The notes beneath the pieces are model-generated. The model ran no database searches. It saw only the letters and a list, made by a program, of their open reading frames with translations, and was not told the DNA's origin. Shown here piece after piece: positions 9,210 through 18,218 of a stretch of DNA of 20,536 nt. The stretch lies in the NCBI GenBank assembly GCA_009602735.1, contig WELA01002296.1, positions 267,972-288,507 of the forward strand, in the 5' to 3' direction. Made by a program: the position numbers and the translations under genes. Origin of the DNA: Mesotaenium endlicherianum. Its lineage: Eukaryota. Each line of letters opens with the position of its first letter. Within the stretch, counting starts at the first letter, position 1.

Positions 9210-12200
9210 CTGCAGGGTTGAAGAAGAAGAAGAAGAGGAAAACGTTATTTCATTATTGATAATTTTTTTGATTTTTTTTTTTTGGTAGAAACACCTCCAC
9301 ACTCTGTCCATCACAGATCACGTCTATTGATCTGTACTGTTGCTCCTCCTCCTCAATCGACTGCAACTATCGCCACTGAGCAGCAGCTGCCAGGAAAACG
9401 ACAGCCCAAGCTCACGCAGGCTAATGAATGCTCTATTCCATATGCATGCGTCCAGAACTCGGCAATACCAACTAACTTTGATATCTTAACGCTGGGGTTT
9501 AACCGTAAGTTAAGCCCAGCCCTGCTCCGGCTCCGGCTAACAGATGCTTTTTGGCATGCAATCACAACCCGGGTGTAAGCCTAAACCCTCCACCCAAATA
9601 ACCTAGCCCCTGAAGGCCCAGCCTTGCTCCGGCTGACGGCGCCGCCGGCACAGGTAACGAGCAATGGCGCGCGCCAGCGCGCCAGATGCTCGTAAGCAGC
9701 ATTGCCCAACCCTGAACCCTTCAACTCAAGACGCTGACTGCTTAGACGTGCTGCCCAGACGCCCTGCCCGAACGACGAGCACCGTCGGCAGCAGGCCAGC
9801 AGAGGGACTTGGCGCCAGAAGAGCAATCACCCAGAAGCATCCTCCACATAATTTGACCTTAAAACCCGAACTCTAAAATTTCAAACCCAACCATCAACCT
9901 TGAGCTCTAGAAAACCCGGGCTTGCTCTTAAGCTGACGGTGGCAACACGCGCTGGACCCTAGCGAGCGTCGGGCGCACAAGACACACCCTCGGCTTTCTG
10001 ATACACGTGTTCGGACTTACGACACTGACTATTTGGGCTAACGACAATGACTAATCAGACTAACGACACAGAATATTGGGACATTGACACTGACAGCGCA
10101 TAGTCGGCAGCGCAATTGCTCTGGACATATCTACTTGGAAAAAGAATCTGGGCAATTGGAGAGTCAATCCCTGAGTTGTGCGTCGTCGTGCGGAGTGATT
10201 CAACCGTCGATGTGCCTCCCCTCAAGGTTTTTTTTCTTTTCTTTTTTTGAAGAGTAGGACCAGAGCGCAAGCGCGCCCAGATGTGGGGATCTCATTTTTC
10301 ACATGCTGTGTGACAAGACCCCGTAGAGAAGATTGGTAAGAGCGCCCCTGGGTTTTGGGCAGCGCCAGTTAACAAGTGCGGCGGTCTAGGTTTTGGAGCA
10401 GCGCCGCGCCATACAGCAGGTGCACTATAAACCTCACCCCCACATGTTTTCTGAGCAGCTGGCAGCTGGCAGCGGCAGATTCCAGAGCACACGAGCAAGC
10501 ACGAGGTGCCCCCCTTTCGCCAGGTGGCATGTCTATTGAGGCCGGAATAGGAGCTGGCACTTTGTATGCAACAAGTGTAAGGAGGGGGAAGGAAAAAGGG
10601 CTCACGCTTCTTGGTGGCGGGAGCGCACAGGAAGTAGAGGGCAGCCATGGCTGAGAGCACCTGCGGAGCGGAAGGGGGGAGGCACCGCCAGCAGCGTGTT
10701 TGGCTCTGCGATGTCCTTGCTCGAATTTGTTTGAGAGACAAATTGTTAGAGTATCTTATTATAGTTACAGTAAAGCGCTGATATGAAGGGGTTTATATTA
10801 AGGGTTTATATTAACGACTTCATTTGGAAAAAGGGTTATAGTGAACGGGGCATATCTCAATTGGTCTTCATTCATGTGGGGGGATCGATATGTGGGTGCA
10901 GTGCGCTGCTTCTGTGTTGGGTCCTTTTTGGGTTTCATTTCTTTTTCTCAACTCAGCACTTATTTTTTCTGAGAGGGCACTCCTTTCATGCTGCGTGCGT
11001 GCACTGAACTAATTTTGTTTGGGTTTTCCGTAGGTCCTTCTCGGGTTTTCAATTTGTATTCCAACTCTGCATTCTCCCTCTCATTGAAGGCACTCCTTCC
11101 ACACTGAGCACAGGTCAAGGGCGTGTGAGATTGACCCCTGTGTGCGCATCACATGGCACAGGCGGAGGGGTCCAGGGGAGCACACAAGCGGCATAGGGGG
11201 ACACTTGAGGCGTAGGGGCACACAAAGGCATTGGGGCACACAATAGGCATAGGGGCACACAATAGGCATAGGGGCACACAACAGGCATAAGGGCACACAA
11301 CAGGCATAGGGGCACACAAGAGGCATAGGGGCATACAACAGGCATAGAGGCACATGAGAGGCAAAGGGGCACACAAGAGGCATAGGGGCACACGAGAGGC
11401 ATAGGGGCACACGAAAAAGCTCACCGTGTTCTCCACAGGGCTGGACAGGCAGCCGATAATAAGCGGGATTCCGTCGCTCTCAATAATGACGGCCGCGTTT
11501 TTGGGGTCTGCACGCGTGCTCAGTGACAGCCAGCCAGCCAGCCAGACGTACAGCTGGTTGGCGGCGAGGCGTGTGCATGCTGCAATACTTCACTCGATAC
11601 AAATTACTTGATAACACTCAGAATGGTCTGAGATGTTCGGCAAACTTTTAGCAAATGCCGTTCGAGACAACCTATACGTACACGAGGTCAAATAAACACA
11701 TGTACATATAAGTAGAAATCAGATCAGATTATTCCAATTAAGCCCGCCGCAAACGGCGCGAAAGATTAACAAAAAACGTCCCGAAAAGAAAGGCACTTTT
11801 TGGGGGCTTCATGTGAACGAGGACACGGGAGAGCCATTTGTGCAGCACCCCCACGCTGCTCACGAGCATGCGCAGTATGGGTTCTTCCGGGGGAACGCAA
11901 AGTCAGTACTGGGTCAATACTGGGTAGCAACGGCGGGAGAGTGCTGCTTCGTATGCATGCGCAGGGCAGAAAGGAGAGCTGGCGCTTGGGAGAGACGAGA
12001 AAAGGCCTGCTGAAGAAACCACCCAGGCAGCCGTACCACTACAACTCCGTTTGAAATAGAACAGGTAATCTTTTTGGGTAGTCGTCGGGTGGATGGAGAA
12101 TTGGGCTTTCACGATTGGAGGTTGGAAACACGGGCACGCCAGGGCCCGGGGGTGCAGGGAGAGGGCGGGAGGGCGAGAGGGGGAGAGAGGGGGNCTTCAA

Positions 12201-13615
12201 ACCATGTCTATGTCAATGCTCCAGCTATAGTGCCTGCTTCTCGTGTCGTTGACTCCCCCGGAGAAATTCCTAGAGACGCGGGCGGCACTGGGGAGGAAGT
12301 ATGTTGCTCGAGCCTCGGCGCTCTCGAGCATTGCCCTCGATTTGTCCCTGGCGTGCAATGGGTGCCGCTCCCTTCTATCTCTGGCGCTGGCGGGGCTGGT
12401 GCCGCTGCGTTTGTCAGCTCGTGCAGGAATGAACCTGAGTTGCAATGGCAGGCAAAGGCTATGCTTGCATGTTCTTGTACGTGTTGCAGTCTCTGTTGAG
12501 CGGTGGAGCTGACTTGCCTGTCTGTGGGAGCCTGAGCCTGCGCAGACGCTGCCTGTTGCGCTGAGAGCGTGCATTGGAGGCTCCCTTTGTGGACAGGGTT
12601 TTCTCGTGGAAGATGGTGTGCCCTGCGGCAAGAACCACTGGGCATTCTCTCCCAGTTTGGTTTGTGCCATGCGGAATCCTTTGCAGCTCCAAGCAGAGGC
12701 AACTCGTCCCCCGACGACCTAGCTTCGTGTGTGTGCGTGAGAGAACGGGGAGGGCAAAGAGGTGGAGGGGGGAGTGAGGGCGAGCGCGAGGGCGAGCGCG
12801 AGAGCAAGGACAAGGGCGGGGGAGAGGGGGAGAGCGGGAGAGGGGGAGAGGGGGGGAGAGGGGGAGAGGGTGAGAGCGGGTGCAGGGAGACCCAAAGAGA
12901 GAGGGGGAGAGGGGGAGAGCGCGAGAGCGGAAGTGGGGGAGAGGGGTGAGGGGGAGAGCGTGAAAGGGCGAGAGGGGGAGAGGGGAAGAGCGGGAGAAAG
13001 AGCGCACCAGGGCAGCAATTGCAGATGCCGCCCATGCCAAACTCGACGAGGCGCTCGCTCGGCTCTGTGAGGCAGTCCAGGAACAGGTCCACCGCGTGCA
13101 GCTGCTTGCCCCCACAGCCCCAGCACCATATGACTCAGTGGCAGTATACCGAGAAGCCGGCACCCAGAGCCCAGCTCTGTGAGGCAGTCAAGGAAACGGT
13201 CCAGTGCGTGCAGCTGCTCGCTCACGCAGGGCTTTACACAAGTCCTTGCTTACGCTCAGAGGAGAATATCGAAACCACAAACCCCGAACCCTAGCGCCAG
13301 AGGGGTCAAGCGTCCACCGCGTGCAGCTGCTCTCTCAGGGCTTTACACAAGTCCTTGCCCACGCTCAGAAGGAAAATCCTCAACCCCAAAACCCTAGCGC
13401 CGGAGCGGTTCGGCGTCCACCACGTGCAGCTGCTCTCCCCCACACCCACCCTTAAATGCCCAGAGGGCTGAGTGTAGATCTAAGACCCTGAGCCCTGAGT
13501 CCCAAACCCCCCAGAGGCAGTCCAGGAGCTGCTTGCCCCCACACCTCCAACAGGTCATCCCGCCAAGAGCCAAGAGATGACCTAAAATCCTACACTGGAG
13601 AGAGAGAGAGAGAGA

Positions 13616-13682
<67 letters not shown>

Positions 13683-16600
13683 AGTGGGGCAACGTGCAGC
13701 TGCTCGCGTCCACGCCCCTACCAGGTCACCTGCTCAGGGCCAAGGGTAGACGTAAAAAAGACTTAAGGGGTCCAACCTGAGCAGCAGCTCACCCATACCC
13801 CCGCCATGTCACTTGCGGAGGGCCAGAAGCAGGCCCAAAGCCCTAGCCCTAAAGACGCAAGTAAGCCGAAAACCTAGCATCTAGCCTGACAACAAGATGA
13901 AGTCTACCACGTGCAGCGGCTCAACTGCAGCTCCTCCGTGACTTGCTCGGGGCCAAGCATGGACGAAAAACCCTGATTCCTGATGTCCCTGGAGACGCAA
14001 AGGGGCCCACCCGGCGTGGTAGCTCAGCCACACCCCCACCAAGTGACCTTATTTGGGCCAAAAGAAAGCTCTCCCCGACTCTTGAGCGCCAAGCTCTCCA
14101 GGAACAGGCCCACCCACACGCAGGTGCTCAGCCCCCTTCCGCCGCTTCCACCACATCACTCGCTAGCTAAGTCAGAGCCAGGAGCAGACCCAAGAGCCCT
14201 AGACCGGAAGTGGGTGAGGTGATATGAGGTGGTGCGGCAGCAGGGCCACACTGCACACACTGCAGCTACTCGTTCATGCCTCTGCCAGCACTTGCAGTGC
14301 GCCAGAGGGGGCCGAAGGGCGACCTACGCCCGGAACCGTCAAGTCCAGCGCCTACAAGCCTGAAGCGCCGCTGAGAGGCAGCCCAGGAGCTTGTCGGTCG
14401 CATGCAGCTGCTCACTCGGCCTTCTGCCGACCCTGAGCAGGCTCACTTACTTCGGGTTGAAGACAAGGGTTTAGGATTTGCGGTTGGAAGTGTCAAGCCT
14501 AAAGAGATAGGGGATCTATCACGGGAAGCTACACTCAGCAATCTATTCACATTTCCCACCATCACTTATTTGAAGGCCAAAGAAAATGCAGACGCAGAAC
14601 CCCAGCCCCTAAACCCGAGACTTGCGCAGTCTGCCCCCATAGCAGCTGCTACAGCAGTTGTAGTGTGGTCTACGCAAGAAGAGGCCAGTATTGAAGTATG
14701 GACTCTGATTCCTTGAAGATTGTGTGCCGCTAAAGAAGAGGAGTGGGCCACCACATGCAGCTGCTTGGAAACACCCCGTCTCTCACTTGTGCCCAAAAGT
14801 GAAAACCCGATACCCTAGAGTTCAAGGCCCGAGTTTCAGAACCCCAGAGCAGTGTAGGAGTCGCCCCCGTGCACTTGCACAGGCACCTGCATGGCATCAA
14901 CGTTAGGTTACAGAATTTAGACCAGCTACCCTAAGCTAGAAGGGGTGAAGGGGGGGTCCCGCTACGTGCCACGGCTGTTCAGTCACACCTTGAGCTTCGT
15001 TTGGTAAGGGACAAACCCGAAATTCAAAACCCTACGCCCAAAGAGGTGGAGTGGGGTCCCCCACTTGCAGCGGCGCAGTCAGAGCTTGGGCCAGGCTCCA
15101 GAAAGGAGGGAGAGGGTGGAGAGTAAGAGGGAGGAGGGGGGGAAGGGAAAGAGGGAGAGAGCGAGGGAAGTTTGAAAGGGAGGGAGGCAAAGAGGAAGAG
15201 GGAAGAGGGAATGGAAGGGAGAGTAAGAGAGGAAAAGAATGACACAGAGAGAGAGGGAGGGGGGAAGGAAGGAAGNNNNNNNNNNNNNNNNNNNNNNNNN
15301 NNNNNNNNNNNNNNNNNNNNNNNNNNNNNNNNNNNNNNNNNNNNNNNNNNNNNNNNNNNNNNNNNNNNNNNNNNNNNNNNNNNNNNNNNNNNNNNNNNNN
15401 NNNNNNNNNNNNNNNNNNNNNNNNNNNNNNNNNNNNNNNNNNNNNNNNNNNNNNNNNNNNNNNNNNNNNNNNNNNNNNNNNNNNNNNNNNNNNNNNNNNN
15501 NNNNNNNNNNNNNNNNNNNNNNNNNNNNNNNNNNNNNNNNNNNNNNNNNNNNNNNNNNNNNNNNGGAAGGAAGGAAGGGTGGGTGGGTGGGTGGGTGGGA
15601 GGGAGAGGAGAGACATGGAAAATAACGGTTACACGCTGGAAGCATCCCTGGGCTCACCTTTCTCAGGTGCTCGTAGTTGACCGGATCGTATGCAAAGTTG
15701 GCCAGATTTGCCACCACCTGCTCCTTGGCTTCTGCTTCTCCGTAAGGAATAATCAGACGACTACAGCAAGTGTTTCAGCGATAAATAAATTGACACATGC
15801 AGCATGTTTTTGGAGCTTGAAAGGCATGCTCTTTTTTTCAGTCTGCTCTTTGGCTACTGCTTCACTTTCAAAAGTCAAATGACGAAATGAGGAGCAAAGG
15901 GGATCAGATGACACATTCGTAGCTCTCAAAAAGGTTCAGCAATCCAAGACTCTTGAAAGGCATATTGTGTTTAATGTAAACATGAAACAGAAGATGGAGC
16001 ATGCAAAGCCTTGCCTCTTGTGGCCTTCAAATTTAAAGGCTGGGGCAAAAGCATCAGCAGACTGTCTGATGCAATGGTTTACCCCCACACCATCAAGTGG
16101 CAGTCAAAAGAGGGGATCAATTCTTCACAATATAAATTGACCAATAATGACATTGATAGAGACATTGATGTCACCCTCTTTCGTTCTGTGGTAAATATGA
16201 TGCAAAAACTTAATAGGCTTGTCAAAAGGTCGAGAGCATGCAACCACTACCACAAACAGTTACATAATGAACAATTGTAAGTATGATCGAGCATGTGCTG
16301 ACCTTCATTTGTGGCCTCCTGGAACTCTGTCACCAAGGCCTGCGGAAGGGCACGAATGCAAGTGACCATGAGAAGTGCTGCATCTCATAACTTCGTTAAC
16401 TGAAAGTAAGCTGCTACTAGCTGACTTTACTGTGTGTAGACAAATCAAACAGCCTCAAGATCACTGGAAGTACAAGGAATGCCATGTCATCAGCAATGAT
16501 TACAAGAGCCATGGGTTAGAAGAAGAGCGGGGAAAAGAGGCAGTATAATTCGCGGTAGCAACAAAGCGTCATGTCAAATGGTACACTAGAAAAGCAAGGC

Positions 16601-17024
16601 AAAGACATATACATGTTAGCCATGACTCCACGATGTATGTGTACGGATGGGCCAAGGAACATCCAGAAGATACTGATTCTATAGTCCGCCAAAATGTCAT
16701 GATGATATGACAAATGAGGTCATTCATGAGGAAGCAAAAATGTTCCAGAACGATTGTAGAGAAAAACACACGAGGAACAAGCAACCCTACAGGTGGAGAG
16801 AGTGCGTACACATTGACTGGCGAGTATATTGAATGTTGACAAATTTTGAACGACTGTCTTCAGTCATTGCAGGGTGGACTATCTCATCAAGTTGTAAGCC
16901 TTTGGTCAGAGGATAGATAGAGACTTCACCAGGCAAAAAGTGAAAGAATCACCTGAAGATAGTCAAATCTGGTAGTTCCGTACTTTCCAGTGCGCTCTTT
17001 CAGACGTTGTTTGGTGCTAAACAT
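9040..17024 (-). CDS. ARMC7: Armadillo repeat-containing protein 7 homolog, complete, 7 exons, 194 aa
   Basis: Exons 17024-16953, 16339-16303, 15731-15658, 13101-13008, 11507-11425, 10660-10606 and 9209-9040 total 585 nt, all GT-AG. They splice to [175 protein letters not shown]..., including the ARMC7 signature [10 protein letters not shown]. Confidence 0.96.
10606..10660 (-). CDS. ARMC7: ARMC7 exon 6
   Basis: ctccgcag|GTG...C|gtgagc. Encodes [18 protein letters not shown]. Confidence 0.92.
11190..11415. repeat. 19-nt minisatellite (GGCATAGGGGCACACAANA), about 12 copies, at the 5' end of ARMC7 intron 5
   Basis: Directly visible tandem array beginning about 10 nt after the donor. Confidence 0.95.
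11425..11507 (-). CDS. ARMC7: ARMC7 exon 5
   Basis: gtgcag|AC...ACG|gtgagc. Encodes (D)[27 protein letters not shown]. Confidence 0.93.
12740..13000. repeat. GA-rich low-complexity tract at the 5' end of ARMC7 intron 4
   Basis: GGGGGAGA-type repeats. Confidence 0.85.
13008..13101 (-). CDS. ARMC7: ARMC7 exon 4
   Basis: agcag|CTG...G|gtgcgc. Encodes [31 protein letters not shown]. Confidence 0.93.
13174..14766 (-). repeat. Array of degenerate copies of the ARMC7 intron 3/exon 4 junction
   Basis: At least 9 copies of GTCCACCGCGTGCAGCTGCT-like or GAGGCAGTCCAGGA-like sequence. Confidence 0.85.
13598..13677. repeat. (GA)n microsatellite
   Basis: About 40 nearly perfect GA units. Confidence 0.95.
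15276..15564. other. Assembly gap inside a purine-rich simple repeat
   Basis: Run of N flanked by GGAA repeats. Confidence 0.99.
15658..15731 (-). CDS. ARMC7: ARMC7 exon 3
   Basis: agcag|AA...AAG|gtgagc. Encodes (E)[24 protein letters not shown]. Confidence 0.94.
16303..16339 (-). CDS. ARMC7: ARMC7 exon 2
   Basis: ccttccgcag|GCC...G|gtcagc. Encodes [12 protein letters not shown]. Confidence 0.92.
16953..17024 (-). CDS. ARMC7: ARMC7 exon 1
   Basis: ATG...CAG|gtgatt. Encodes [24 protein letters not shown]. Confidence 0.93.
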
Positions 17025-18218
17025 CAGCACGAATCAATCTCGCATCAGTTTCCTGAAACTAGAATGCTAACGTGCTACCTTGTGTCAATTATTGACCAAG
17101 AAGGACGCATAACATCTAATTTACGATGGAGCCATGGCCCGCGAGCTCTGAGAACGTGTCAACCCTGCATGGAGCGAGGCTGGCCATATTACTCTTGACA
17201 TCAACATGAACCAGTGGAATGACCTGTTGATCAGTGGAATGACCTGAGATTTTAATAATGCGGAACCGCCAGTCAACACGGACCAAAATAGTGGAAGGGA
17301 CAAGAATCGAAAGATGTAAAGTGACAAAATTGATTGCAATTGATGTGGCCTGCTCTTCCTCATGCATGAGCTAGTGCAAGTGGTAGCTAAGTTGAGTACC
17401 ACTAAGTTAACTGCTGGAAATTTGCACCCCTCTGGACAACGGGAAATTCTCCAGGACCGAAGTATTTCCAGGTGGTGTTCCAGAAGACGGTGATATCCAT
17501 GAAGGGTCCTGCATCGACGTTAATGGTACCTGTTTTCCATGGATACGAGCGCGTGATCGTCGGGGCGGCGGTTGAGAACATATGGGTGTCGTTTTTTCCT
17601 GGGACAGAGTGGGCCAGACACTGCCAATGAGGGTTAATTGTAAGGCGCCCCTCACGTAACTCCTGAGGGGAAATCACAAAGGGCCCTCGCATGTGTGAGA
17701 GCTGTCCCGTACGCGTCCGAAATTGCATAGTTACGAAAGCGTTCGTCGTGGTGACGCTTTTCTATGCGGACCGCCCTTTCGCACCGCCATAAATTAAGGC
17801 TTCGCCATAACTTATTCCTCTTGATCACTTTCGCTTAGGTCAAGCGCCCCGCCCCTAAGGCGCCTTTTGTGAGCGGCCATGGCGAGGAGTAGCAAGGCGG
17901 GGCCTCGCCTGGGCCGCGAGGTAGCTTCATGGGGCGTGGGAGAGGGCGCTCTTCGTCGTGAAAAGGGTTCGTGGGGTCGAGAGGTTGGGAGGGAACGCTG
18001 GTGAGCAGCCATGCCCGCCCTTCGTTGCAGGCGGCCATGGCCGCCTGCTTGTTGCGAGGGTGCTAGAGAGAGGGTGGGAAGGGGAGGGAGAAGGCATGGT
18101 GGAGGGAGGTCAGGTCGTTAGCGTCGACTTGGAGAGTCGACAACGTTCACGCTGTTTCGACGGTTTTTTTTTTTTTTTTGCGATAGTTAAGGAGGGTTTT
18201 AGCCGCTCCATACAGGTC

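Noticed and set aside
11190..11415. CRISPR-like array, or the Cys/Pro-rich ORFs 11081-11436
   Set aside because: This is a head-to-tail 19-mer without unique spacers inside a spliceosomal intron. The ORFs are by-products of the repeat.
12703..12723. Helitron 3' end (hairpin plus CTAG)
   Set aside because: The hairpin directly abuts CTAG, the next base is not T, and no 5' TC end could be defined.
12208..13225. Long overlapping ORFs of 168-294 aa
   Set aside because: They are read-through from ARMC7 exon 4 or its decoy copy into a stop-poor CT-rich intron tract.
15032..15882. ORFs spanning the N run
   Set aside because: Artefacts of the assembly gap. Only 15658-15731 is coding.
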